Assembly (NCBI GenBank): GCA_964618315.1
Contig: CAZTWQ010000003.1
Location: 17,215-81,214 of the forward strand
Direction: 5' to 3'
DNA from: an uncultured Methanosarcinales archaeon
GTDB lineage: Archaea > Nanobdellota > Nanobdellia > Woesearchaeales > JACPBV01
Length of the DNA stretch: 64,000 bases
A program made the position numbers and the translations under genes. Position 1 is the stretch's first letter, and the number at the start of each line of letters is the position of its first letter. The notes beneath the pieces were generated by a model. That model did no database searches, was not told where the DNA came from, and saw only the letters and a list, made by a program, of their open reading frames with translations. Shown piece by piece: positions 28,244 to 38,012 of this stretch.

Positions 28244-28244
28244 A

Positions 28245-29330
28245 ATGATACCATTTGTTGATTTTAAAGAGGAATATTCTGATATTAAAAATGATATAGA
28301 TAAAGCAATAAATACCACACTAGAAAGCGGACGATTCATTCTTGGAAAACAAGTCAAGTCATTCGAAAAGGAATTTGCAGCATACAATAACTCAAAATAT
28401 TGTATAGGCACAGGAAATGGGATGGAAGCCCTGCAACTTGCTTTAATGGCATTGGATATTAAAAAAGGAGATGAAGTCATAACTGTAGCCAATACAGCTG
28501 CTGCAACAGTATTAGCAATTATATTCGCAGGAGCAACCCCTGTATTTGTAGACATTAAAAAAGATTCTTATAATATAGACCCAAAAGAAATAGAAAAAGC
28601 AATAACTGATAAAACAAAAGCAATAATCCCAGTACATCTGTTTGGTCAAACTGCAGATATGAATCCAATAATAGAGATAGCAAAAAAACATGATCTAAGA
28701 GTTATTGAAGATGCCTGTCAAGCCCATGGAGCAGAATACAAAGGTAAAAAAACAGGTTCTATGGGGGATATTGGCTGTTTCTCTTTCTACCCAACAAAAA
28801 ACCTAGGTGCATATGGGGATGGGGGGGCAATTATAACAAACAACAAAGAAACAGATGAAAAACTAAGGATGTTAAGAAACTATGGCCAAGAAACAAGATA
28901 CACCCATCTGCTAAAAGGACTTAACAGTAGATTAGATGAAATACAAGCAGCAATTCTCAAAGTAAAACTCAAGCATCTTGATGAATATATAATAAAAAGA
29001 AGAAGAAAAGCTAAACTATATGGAGAACTAATCAAGAATCAAGAAATAATAACTCCAATTGAAAAAGAAGATGCAAAACACACATACCACATTTATGTCA
29101 TAAGAACAAACCAAAGAGATAAACTTAAATTAAATCTTAAAAACAAAGAAATTCAAACATTAATACATTACCCGATTCCATTGCATATGCAACATGCATT
29201 TAAAGAACTAAAACACTATAATCTCCCAATAACAGAAGACCATTCAAAAAAAATTCTTTCACTACCAATTTACCCAGGATTAGAAGACGAAAAAGTAGAA
29301 GAAATAGCAAAGGAAATAAATTCATTTTAA
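28245..29330 (+). CDS. DegT/DnrJ/EryC1/StrS-family PLP-dependent NDP-sugar aminotransferase
   Basis: FEKEFAAYNNSKYCIGTGNGMEALQLAL, DACQAHGA, SFYPTKNLGAYGDGGAI (PLP Lys region). Confidence 0.9.
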   Translation: MIPFVDFKEEYSDIKNDIDKAINTTLESGRFILGKQVKSFEKEFAAYNNSKYCIGTGNGMEALQLALMALDIKKGDEVITVANTAAATVLAIIFAGATPVFVDIKKDSYNIDPKEIEKAITDKTKAIIPVHLFGQTADMNPIIEIAKKHDLRVIEDACQAHGAEYKGKKTGSMGDIGCFSFYPTKNLGAYGDGGAIITNNKETDEKLRMLRNYGQETRYTHLLKGLNSRLDEIQAAILKVKLKHLDEYIIKRRRKAKLYGELIKNQEIITPIEKEDAKHTYHIYVIRTNQRDKLKLNLKNKEIQTLIHYPIPLHMQHAFKELKHYNLPITEDHSKKILSLPIYPGLEDEKVEEIAKEINSF

Positions 29331-29334
29331 TAAA

Positions 29335-30681
29335 ATGATTGAAAAAAATATATTATTAATATCAGAATGCCCAAAAATTAAAAGTAACTATGTAAATAGC
29401 TTGCCCCCTATAGGAATTTTAACCCTGGCTTCTTTTTTAGAATCTAAAGGTGCAAAAGTAGATGTCATAGATTACAATGTTGAAAAAAGAAAACCAGTAA
29501 ACTACAAAAAATATGACTTAATAGGTTTTAGTGCTTATTGCAGCAATATAGAAAATACTTTAAAACAAGCAAAATGGATAAAGGAAACAACCAATGCCGC
29601 AATAATAGTGGGTGGCCCTCACTGTATGGCTAATCCTCTATTATATATTAAAAAACCATTTATAGATGCAGCCATAATCGGAGAAGCAGAATACACATTA
29701 TATGAATACTTAACAAAAAAAGACAAATCAGAAATTAAGGGGCTATATATAAGAAAAGATAATAAACCATTTTTTACTGGAAACAGAGAATATATCAAAG
29801 ATCTGGATCAACTCCCATTTCCAGCCCTTGAAAAAGTAGATATAAAACATTATAATGTTCCGTTAAAAAAAGCAAAACCAATCTCAAATATAATGACTTC
29901 CAGGGGGTGTCCATTCCAATGCATTTTCTGTTTTCATTCTCTCGGAACTCAATTTAGGGCAAGATCTCCAAAAAATGTGGTTGATGAAATAGAATGGCAA
30001 ATCAACAAATTTGGAGTAAAAGAAATCTGCATTTTTGATGATAATTTTGCATTAGACGCAAAAAGGGCAGAAAAAATAGCAGATCTCATAATTGAAAGGG
30101 GCCTAAAAATAAAGTTACAATTTACTAATGGAATAAGAGTAGATAATATAACAAAAGAGTTATTATTCAAACTAAAAAAAGCAGGGATTTGGCTAGTTGG
30201 TGTTGCACCAGAAAGTGGAAACCAAGATTCATTAATTAAAATGAAAAAAGGCGTTAGTTTAGACAAAATCAAACAGGTAGTTAAATGGTGTAAAGAATTA
30301 GGTATAATAACCCACTCTTATTTTATGATGGGATTTCCATGGGAAACAAAACAGCATTTGATAAACACAATAAATTTCGCTGAAAAATTAGATACAGATA
30401 TAACACAATTTACAAGGGTCATGCCTTTTCCAGGAACAGAACTCTATAAAATGATGGAACTGAAATTAGATACAGAATCTAAAAATGATCAGGGATTATT
30501 TTATGGGAGCATACAACACAAAGTTGCTAATTTAACAGAAAAAGAAGTGCACAAGTATATTAAAATTGGATACAGGAAAACATTTATAAAACCAAAAAAA
30601 ATTTTTAAATTATTAATAACTCTAAATCTAGTAGATTTCTTTAAACTTTGCTTATATGCAATAACTTCAGAAAGTGTCTAA
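29335..30681 (+). CDS. Radical SAM protein with B12-binding-type N-domain
   Basis: SRGCPFQCIFC, IVGGPHCMANP, VAPESGNQDSL, MGFPWETKQ. Confidence 0.9.
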   Translation: MIEKNILLISECPKIKSNYVNSLPPIGILTLASFLESKGAKVDVIDYNVEKRKPVNYKKYDLIGFSAYCSNIENTLKQAKWIKETTNAAIIVGGPHCMANPLLYIKKPFIDAAIIGEAEYTLYEYLTKKDKSEIKGLYIRKDNKPFFTGNREYIKDLDQLPFPALEKVDIKHYNVPLKKAKPISNIMTSRGCPFQCIFCFHSLGTQFRARSPKNVVDEIEWQINKFGVKEICIFDDNFALDAKRAEKIADLIIERGLKIKLQFTNGIRVDNITKELLFKLKKAGIWLVGVAPESGNQDSLIKMKKGVSLDKIKQVVKWCKELGIITHSYFMMGFPWETKQHLINTINFAEKLDTDITQFTRVMPFPGTELYKMMELKLDTESKNDQGLFYGSIQHKVANLTEKEVHKYIKIGYRKTFIKPKKIFKLLITLNLVDFFKLCLYAITSESV

Positions 30682-30709
30682 ATAAACATCACTCTACAAC
30701 TCATCCATA

Positions 30710-30721
30710 AGATTTATATAG
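30710..30721 (+). promoter_or_regulatory. BRE/TATA-like element AGATTTATATAG upstream of rmlA
   Basis: Identical to 20178..20189. 29 nt before ATG 30750. Confidence 0.3.
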
Positions 30722-30749
30722 GTCAATAAATCCCCCCTATGGGGTTTAA

Positions 30750-31826
30750 ATGAAAGGAATCATACTTGCTGGGGGTCTAGGAACAAGACTAAGACCTATA
30801 AGCCACACTGGCCCAAAACAATTAGTTCCAATAGCCAACAAACCAGTATTACATTATATAATCGAAGACATAAAAAATGCAGGAATAACTGAAATAGGGA
30901 TAATAGTAGGTTATACTAAAGATCGCATCCAGAAAATAATTGATTCTTGCGGTGATGGTTCTAAATGGAATGTAAAAATAACATACATTGAACAAGATGC
31001 TCCAAGAGGCTTAGCGCATGCTGTTTCTATTACAAAGGACTTCATAAAAGATGATAATTTTGTTGTTTATCTTGGAGATAATATATTAAAAGAAGGCATA
31101 AATAACTTTGTTGAAAAATTCAAGAAATCAAACGCAGAAGCATCTATCCTACTTTGCAACGTAGATAATCCTCAAAAATATGGAGTTGCTGTTTTAGAAG
31201 GAAATGAAGTAATAAATGTTGAAGAAAAACCAGAAAATCCAAAGAGCAACCTGGCAATTGTAGGGGTCTATCTTTTCAAAAAGAATATATTTGATATCAT
31301 AAAACAAGTAAACCCCGGAAAAGGCGGAGAACTTCAATTAACAGATGCAATTGAGATAATGATAAACTCAAATGATCATAAAGTAGAAGCCCATATAGTG
31401 ACTGGCTGGTGGGATGACACTGGAACAACAGGAGCCGTATTAAGAGCAAATCATTTGGTTCTTGCTGACCTAGAAGAAAAAAGGTATGGCGAAATTGAAG
31501 AGGGTGTTTCAATTACAGGTAAAGTAAGTATAGGCAAAAACAGCATAATAAAAGAAGGATCTGTAATAAAAGGTCCAATAATAATCGGAAATAATTGTAA
31601 AATAGGACCAAACAGCTATGTAGGCCCTTATACATCTATAGGAGATAACACAGAAATAACTAATGGGGAGATAGAATCATCTATCATAGTTGGTGATTGT
31701 AAAATAAACTTTAATCAAAAAATAGTAAACAGCCTTATTGGAAGGCACTCAAAACTTATATATGAAAACAAGCTGCCAAAAGGTCATAAACTAGTCCTGG
31801 GAGAAAATTCAGAGGTAATATTATGA
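30750..31826 (+). CDS. rmlA: Glucose-1-phosphate thymidylyltransferase, long form with C-terminal left-handed beta-helix domain
   Basis: MKGIILAGGLGTRLRPISHTGPKQLVPIANKP. C-terminal hexapeptide repeats (GKNSIIKEGSVIKGPIIIGNNCKIGPNSYVGPYTSIGDN). Confidence 0.85.
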   Translation: MKGIILAGGLGTRLRPISHTGPKQLVPIANKPVLHYIIEDIKNAGITEIGIIVGYTKDRIQKIIDSCGDGSKWNVKITYIEQDAPRGLAHAVSITKDFIKDDNFVVYLGDNILKEGINNFVEKFKKSNAEASILLCNVDNPQKYGVAVLEGNEVINVEEKPENPKSNLAIVGVYLFKKNIFDIIKQVNPGKGGELQLTDAIEIMINSNDHKVEAHIVTGWWDDTGTTGAVLRANHLVLADLEEKRYGEIEEGVSITGKVSIGKNSIIKEGSVIKGPIIIGNNCKIGPNSYVGPYTSIGDNTEITNGEIESSIIVGDCKINFNQKIVNSLIGRHSKLIYENKLPKGHKLVLGENSEVIL

Positions 31827-32785
31827 AAATATTAGTTACAGGTGGAGCAGGATTTATTGGTTCTAATTTTATAAGAAATATATTAAGCAAATATTCAGAC
31901 ATAGAATTAATCAATCTGGATAAATTAACATATGCTGGAAATCTGGAGAATTTAAAAGACATAGAAAATAACAAAAACTACAAATTCATAAAAGGGGATA
32001 TTTGTGACGCTGAACTTGTAAACAGCCTGACAAAAGATATAGACATAATCTTCAACTTTGCCGCAGAATCCCATGTAGATAGATCAATAAACGACCCATT
32101 TGTATTCACAAAATCAAATACCTTAGGAACACACACTTTATTAGAAGCAGCACGAAAAAATAACATAAAGAAATTCATCCAAATAAGCACTGATGAGGTA
32201 TATGGCAGCACAAAAGAAGACTCATTCAAAGAAACTGATAACCTAAAACCAAGTTCACCTTACTCTGTTTCAAAAGCAGCTGCTGATTTAATGTGCCTCT
32301 CTTACCATACTACATTCGATATGCCTGTGATAATAACAAGGACCACTAATAATTTCGGACCCCACCAATATCCTGAAAAAGTAATTCCTTTATTCATCAC
32401 AAACCTGATGGAAGGCAAAAAAGTTCCACTTTACGGGACTGGAAAAAATATAAGAGACTGGATTTACGTTGTTGATAATTGCGAAGCAATATGGTTTGCA
32501 GCTGAAAAAGGAAAAATAGGGGACGTATACAACATTGGCGGGGGGAATGAAAAAGAAAATATAGAGATAACAAATTCCATACTAAAAGAAATGGACAAAG
32601 ATAAATCTGATATAGAATATGTCAAAGATAGACTAGGCCATGACTGGAGATATTCTCTGGATTGCACAAAAATACATAAATTAGGGTGGAAGCCAAAGCA
32701 TAATTTTGAAGATGCATTAAAAGACACAATATATTGGTACAAAAAAAACATAAATTGGTGGGAAAAACTAAAGACAATCAAATAA
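31823..32785 (+). CDS. rmlB: dTDP-glucose 4,6-dehydratase
   Basis: MKILVTGGAGFIGSNF, ISTDEVYG, SPYSVSKAAADLM, RDWIYVVDNC. 4-nt overlap with rmlA. Confidence 0.92.
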   Translation: MKILVTGGAGFIGSNFIRNILSKYSDIELINLDKLTYAGNLENLKDIENNKNYKFIKGDICDAELVNSLTKDIDIIFNFAAESHVDRSINDPFVFTKSNTLGTHTLLEAARKNNIKKFIQISTDEVYGSTKEDSFKETDNLKPSSPYSVSKAAADLMCLSYHTTFDMPVIITRTTNNFGPHQYPEKVIPLFITNLMEGKKVPLYGTGKNIRDWIYVVDNCEAIWFAAEKGKIGDVYNIGGGNEKENIEITNSILKEMDKDKSDIEYVKDRLGHDWRYSLDCTKIHKLGWKPKHNFEDALKDTIYWYKKNINWWEKLKTIK

Positions 32786-32786
32786 A

Positions 32787-33392
32787 ATGAAATTCTTAAA
32801 AAAGATAATAGATAAGCTTTTTAGCAATCCGATTTTACTTAATTTTGTAAGGGCTATCTTTGAAGGCAATTATACTGTTTCAAGGAAGATAATATCCAAT
32901 GAACTTGACAAAAACAAAAAAACATTAGACATAGGCTGTGGTACGGGAGAACATTCAATACTTTTTGACTCAAAACAATACAATGGAATTGATATATCTA
33001 AAAAGTATGTATATAATGCAAAGAAACGACATAAAAGCAATTTTTTTGTAATGGATGCTCAAAATATCAGATTTCCAGATAACTCATTTGACAATATACT
33101 GATTTTGGGCATACTCCATCATGTTAATGATGAAATCGCTGACAATATACTAAAAGAAGCAAAAAGATTATCAAAAAGCAATACCAAAATACTCATCATG
33201 GAGGATATACCTGTTACCTCAAAAATTAATATAATCGGCAAATTAATGCACTACCTAGATACAGGAAGATATATAAGAAAAATAGGTGCTTATGAAAAAA
33301 TCATTTCAAAGCAGTTTAATATAAAGAAACAATTCAAGATCATCAATGGTATCTCTGACTATTGCGTCTTTGTATGCCGAAACAAGAAGTGA
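32787..33392 (+). CDS. Class I SAM-dependent methyltransferase
   Basis: LDIGCGTGEHS; ILILGILHHV. Confidence 0.8.
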   Translation: MKFLKKIIDKLFSNPILLNFVRAIFEGNYTVSRKIISNELDKNKKTLDIGCGTGEHSILFDSKQYNGIDISKKYVYNAKKRHKSNFFVMDAQNIRFPDNSFDNILILGILHHVNDEIADNILKEAKRLSKSNTKILIMEDIPVTSKINIIGKLMHYLDTGRYIRKIGAYEKIISKQFNIKKQFKIINGISDYCVFVCRNKK

Positions 33393-33397
33393 ATAAC

Positions 33398-35404
33398 ATG
33401 AGAAAAACGCCATACTTAACAAGCAGTGTGATACTGAGTATAATAGGCATCATAGTTGCTTTTTTCTTGTATGATATTATGCCCAGTGGATTTAAAATTG
33501 GTTTGAATAATGCCAAGATTATAACCCACCTCATTATTGTTTTAATCGTCTCGCTCCACATGCTCTGGCTAGCTTATAGCAAAATTGTTTCGTCGATTCA
33601 AAAAAAAGATTTTAGCAAGATCCTAAGAAAAGATGCACTAACCTATATCCCATTCATTGTTCTTTGTTTTTTTCCGTTAAGGTATCTAGTAAGTAATTTA
33701 GATTCACGGTTTGTTCAGTTTATACATATTCCATCTACCGTAATATTTATCTTTGCATTTGGGTCGTTTATATTTCTCAAAGCACTATTTCTAGAAATAT
33801 CACCAAAAAAAGAAAAATCATTAAGAAATATCGCAATAATCTGCACACTAATTTTCTTCATAACTTTCTCAACATTAAGCATATTAAAACACGAATCATT
33901 TTTCTCTACAGGTTATGATCTTGGAGCTTATGACCAAACAATGTATGGCTACGAAAATGGAAAAATGCTTGACTCATTAATAGGATTTCATCTATTAGGG
34001 GACCACATAGAATGGATTTTATTCATCATCTTACCGATATATGCCTTATTCAAAACACCAATAATCTTAATTATAATTCAGGCTATTTTTATCAGTACAG
34101 GTGCTTTTATTATTTATATTCTAGCAAAAAAGATTTTAAAAAATGAGATTGCAGCTCTCATTCTATGTTTAACATATCTTGCCCACCCAGCAATACAATA
34201 TGCACTACTCTTTGATTTCCATACAACAGTTCTGCCCCTCCCATTTATTATTCTTGCAGTTTATGCCCTAACCCAAAGAAAATACAAATTATTAGTTATA
34301 TCATTAGTTTTCACAGCAATATGCAAAGAATATTTTGCCCTTATTATGATACCATTTGGTATTTTTATATTCTTTATAGACATGAAAGGAAGTAAAAGAT
34401 TCACTAGATTCAAAAAAATATCAATCCAAAAATTATTTTCAAAACAAAGAATAATTGGAATTAGTATTTTATTATTAGGGATTACATGGTTCTTAGTTAA
34501 TATTAATATCTTAGTGCCATTATTCCACGGTGATTCATATGTTTATATTCAAGGTGGAAACTCTTACTTCGGAGAAAGTATCACAGAGACAATAAAAATC
34601 ATCCTACTAAATCCAGTATATTCTGCCAAATATTTATTTACTCTAAATAAATTCGCTTTCTTGATTTTATTCTCTGCCTCAGTCTTTTTTGGTTTGTTTG
34701 CTTTATTTGCCCCAGAATATCTTTTCCTAGGAATAACTGAATTAGCTATAATTCTCCTATACACTAAAAACTCCCTTTCAGAAATTGTATACCACCACCA
34801 AATACCTTTAGTTGGATTTGTTTTAGCAGCCACTGTAATTGGAATAAGCAGAATACCCAAATTAATCAAGTCCAAAAAAGATAGTAAGGGCATCATAATA
34901 GCATGTTCCATCGGCGTACTATCCACCACAATACTTGCCAATATATTTTTTGGACCATTTGCAATACTCTATGATGTAAATAATTTTAATATCAACACAC
35001 CTTATGTAAAAGCAGGTAATGAAATTTTAAGTATGATACCGGAAGATGCCTCTGTGGCAGCTCCAAATTGGGCAATACCCCACCTAAGCAGAAGGAATGA
35101 AATATATCAGCTGAGACATTTTATAGAAGGATTAACCCCCAACACAGATTATTTAGTTATGGACCTCAGTAAGGCATTGACTGATCCAAAAAGGAGTTCC
35201 ATCCCATTTAGTTCTGAAGAATTAAGAATATTATTTAACAAAAAAGAATATGGAATTATTGCTGTAAAAGATTCTTGGCTACTATTTAAAAAAGGCGTAA
35301 GTTATGAAGCAAATATCTGTAAGACAAAACCATTTTTGAATAAAAGCAAATATCCATATATAGATATAATAATAGAAGAAAAAGGTTTAATTGCAAAATG
35401 TTGA
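33398..35404 (+). CDS. DUF2079-like polytopic membrane protein (GT-C-like)
   Basis: About 14 TM helices. STGYDLGAYDQTMYG motif (DLGxxDQ) as I recall for DUF2079. C-terminal soluble domain. ATG 33398 is preferred to the track start 33362. Confidence 0.65.
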   Translation: MRKTPYLTSSVILSIIGIIVAFFLYDIMPSGFKIGLNNAKIITHLIIVLIVSLHMLWLAYSKIVSSIQKKDFSKILRKDALTYIPFIVLCFFPLRYLVSNLDSRFVQFIHIPSTVIFIFAFGSFIFLKALFLEISPKKEKSLRNIAIICTLIFFITFSTLSILKHESFFSTGYDLGAYDQTMYGYENGKMLDSLIGFHLLGDHIEWILFIILPIYALFKTPIILIIIQAIFISTGAFIIYILAKKILKNEIAALILCLTYLAHPAIQYALLFDFHTTVLPLPFIILAVYALTQRKYKLLVISLVFTAICKEYFALIMIPFGIFIFFIDMKGSKRFTRFKKISIQKLFSKQRIIGISILLLGITWFLVNINILVPLFHGDSYVYIQGGNSYFGESITETIKIILLNPVYSAKYLFTLNKFAFLILFSASVFFGLFALFAPEYLFLGITELAIILLYTKNSLSEIVYHHQIPLVGFVLAATVIGISRIPKLIKSKKDSKGIIIACSIGVLSTTILANIFFGPFAILYDVNNFNINTPYVKAGNEILSMIPEDASVAAPNWAIPHLSRRNEIYQLRHFIEGLTPNTDYLVMDLSKALTDPKRSSIPFSSEELRILFNKKEYGIIAVKDSWLLFKKGVSYEANICKTKPFLNKSKYPYIDIIIEEKGLIAKC

Positions 35405-36435
35405 AGATAGGTTTAGTAAGTCCATTTCTACCTGAAAAAGATGGTATAGCAATATACTCAGATAACCTCTTAAAAGGGATGGAAAAAAACAAAAAGCACA
35501 TAATAACCATAGGAAGAAAAGGAAGCAAATCAGACTATATAACCGATTTCAAATCATTTTCCCTAAAAAAAGATTTAAAAAAAATAATCAAAAAAGAAAA
35601 ACTAAGCTTAATCCACATACAATACGTTCCCACATTATTTGGAAAATATAACTTAAACTATAATTTAATAAAATCATTAGATCTTCCAATACCCATAATC
35701 GTAACACTTCACGAAGTCCATTACTCAAACAAAGGTCTAAGAAACAAAACCCTTACAGCTATTGAAAAACAGATTATAAAAAGAGCCAATAAAATTATTG
35801 TCCATAGCCCCCAACAAAAAGAATTTCTAAGAAGGAAATACAAAACAAACAAGATAACTGTAATTTATCATGGATTAAGATTAAATAAAATACCAAAAAG
35901 AATAAATAAAAAAAACATCCTTTGTTTTGGTATGATTTCACAAGGCAAAGGCGTCCCTTATCTAATAAAGGCAATGAAATATCTCCCAGATTATAATTTA
36001 ACTATAGCAGGAAATTTTATTAACAAAGAAACAAGAAAAAGTGTATTGTCTGCAATAAATAATTCAAAATCAAATATAAAAACAGACTTTAAATGGATTG
36101 ACGAAGAAGATAAAGAAAAATACTACAAAAAAGCTGATTGTGCAGTATTGCCCCACACATGGGCCCCATACCAATCAGGAATACTCCATAATTCAGTTGC
36201 ATGGAACCTCCCAGTTATTGTAACTAAAATTGGAGCACTGTATGAAATGGTTGAATTATTTAAATTTGGAGAAATAATCAAACCAAAAAACCCAAAAGCA
36301 CTTGCAGAAGGCATTAAAACAGTATTCAAAAATTATAGTAGCTATAAAAAAGGAATTGACAGATACAAAAAAGCTGCAAACTGGAAAAACATAGCTAAAC
36401 AACACTTTAAACTATACTCGGAATATGATATTTAA
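35398..36435 (+). CDS. Glycosyltransferase (GT4-like, GT-B fold)
   Basis: FGMISQGKGVPYLIKAM; PYQSGILHNSVAWNLPVIVTKIGAL. Confidence 0.75.
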   Translation: MLKIGLVSPFLPEKDGIAIYSDNLLKGMEKNKKHIITIGRKGSKSDYITDFKSFSLKKDLKKIIKKEKLSLIHIQYVPTLFGKYNLNYNLIKSLDLPIPIIVTLHEVHYSNKGLRNKTLTAIEKQIIKRANKIIVHSPQQKEFLRRKYKTNKITVIYHGLRLNKIPKRINKKNILCFGMISQGKGVPYLIKAMKYLPDYNLTIAGNFINKETRKSVLSAINNSKSNIKTDFKWIDEEDKEKYYKKADCAVLPHTWAPYQSGILHNSVAWNLPVIVTKIGALYEMVELFKFGEIIKPKNPKALAEGIKTVFKNYSSYKKGIDRYKKAANWKNIAKQHFKLYSEYDI

Positions 36436-36451
36436 AGAAATAATCAACTCA

Positions 36452-37168
36452 CTATTTCTTAACTGAATCTGTAGATAAAAAAGTTGATCTAACATTAAAT
36501 ATTATCCTAACTAACTCAACAAAAATATTAAGAAAATAAAAAATTAAGATAATCTTCAAATTAAATAACACAATAAAAGGAAAAATATAATAATTAAAAT
36601 TGATAAGTGCAACAATAATTTTAGATAAAAGAGAATATTTTGACTTTAAACCTTGTTTTGAAGATTGATATGTATCAGAAGAACATACGGCTTCGCAATA
36701 ATAATAATTCTTACCCCTATCCCCTGGATGAATAATTAAAGTGATGTAATCCCTTATGACCATCAAGGTAACCAAAGAGAAAGCCACTATAAGTATATTT
36801 AATTCCCCATAATAAAAAAATAAGCCCAAGGGCAATATAAAATGAAACAGCTTAATAGTAAAGATATCTGTAATCAAATCTAATTTTGCACCAACCTTTG
36901 AAGTTTGCCCTGTAACTCTAGCAACAGGACCATCGCACCAATCTAATATAAAACCCAGGAAATATAATATAACTGCTGGAATCTTTAAGAATATGAAATA
37001 GAAATACAACCCAACAAAAGAGATAAAAGTGCCAAGAAAAGTTATTGTATTTGGCTTCACCTTTAATTTCAAAAAAACCCAGATAAAAGGAAGAGTTAGA
37101 AATCTATTTATCCTCCTATGAAGGAATTTATAATCTGCAGGTTTTGCATATTCTTTAAAAAGTCCCAT
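36452..37168 (-). CDS. CDP-alcohol phosphotransferase family membrane protein (canonical motif)
   Basis: DWCDGPVARVTGQTSKVGAKLDLITD, the complete DxxDGxxARx8GxxxDxxxD motif. Confidence 0.8.
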   Translation of the reverse strand: MGLFKEYAKPADYKFLHRRINRFLTLPFIWVFLKLKVKPNTITFLGTFISFVGLYFYFIFLKIPAVILYFLGFILDWCDGPVARVTGQTSKVGAKLDLITDIFTIKLFHFILPLGLFFYYGELNILIVAFSLVTLMVIRDYITLIIHPGDRGKNYYYCEAVCSSDTYQSSKQGLKSKYSLLSKIIVALINFNYYIFPFIVLFNLKIILIFYFLNIFVELVRIIFNVRSTFLSTDSVKK

Positions 37169-37304
37169 TTTAAATTATTATTCAAACTAATTATCTAAAA
37201 TATAAAGTCACGTCTCAATACTACTTAGGACTTATTCTGGGTTTTTAAACTTTATTAAACAAGAATCGATAAGTTTTTAAAAATACACTTGATAACTCAA
37301 TAAG

Positions 37305-38012
37305 ATGATAATTGCAATAGATGGAAAATATGGTGTTGGAAAAACAACAACCGCAAAATGCTTAGCAAGAAGATTAGGATACAATTACCTCAGTACTGGA
37401 GCTATATTTAGGGCAATTGCACTTAAAGTTATAGAAGTAAAAATAGAAAAAGAAGACAAAGAAGCAATAATAAAAATTGCAAAAGAGATAAATATTGAAG
37501 TAAAACAGATCGACAAAGAAACAAAAATCTTTATCGATGGAAAAGATTTAACAGAAAAAGCATATACCCATAATGAAAAAATTGACTCAGTAACATCCTA
37601 CCTTGGAAGAAACATACCTGAAGTTACTGAAATAATAACAAAACTGCAGAGGGAGATTGCCAAGAGCGGAAACTTTATTTTCGAAGGAAGAGACATGACA
37701 TCAAGAGTTTTCCCAAACGCAGACTGGAAATTCTACATACAAGCAGAGATGATGAAAAGAGCTGAAAGGATGTATAAAATTCTCCCCGATGAAGAAAAAG
37801 AAACCTATCCCACCATAGAAGATTACTCTAAACTAGATCATTTTCATAAAGAATACCCTGGAGCAGAAGACGCTATTGTCTATGACAACACATATAGCCC
37901 AACACCTGAACAAGATGCGATTGTCCTTGAATATTATATAACTCATCCTAAAGAAATATTAGGGAATATCGGTAAAATAAAAGATAAAAAAGAACCAATA
38001 AAAAATAACTAA
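37305..38012 (+). CDS. cmk: Cytidylate kinase (type 1-like) with C-terminal extension
   Basis: MIIAIDGKYGVGKTT P-loop; YLSTGAIFRAIA (compare YLDTGAMYRA). Confidence 0.75.
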   Translation: MIIAIDGKYGVGKTTTAKCLARRLGYNYLSTGAIFRAIALKVIEVKIEKEDKEAIIKIAKEINIEVKQIDKETKIFIDGKDLTEKAYTHNEKIDSVTSYLGRNIPEVTEIITKLQREIAKSGNFIFEGRDMTSRVFPNADWKFYIQAEMMKRAERMYKILPDEEKETYPTIEDYSKLDHFHKEYPGAEDAIVYDNTYSPTPEQDAIVLEYYITHPKEILGNIGKIKDKKEPIKNN

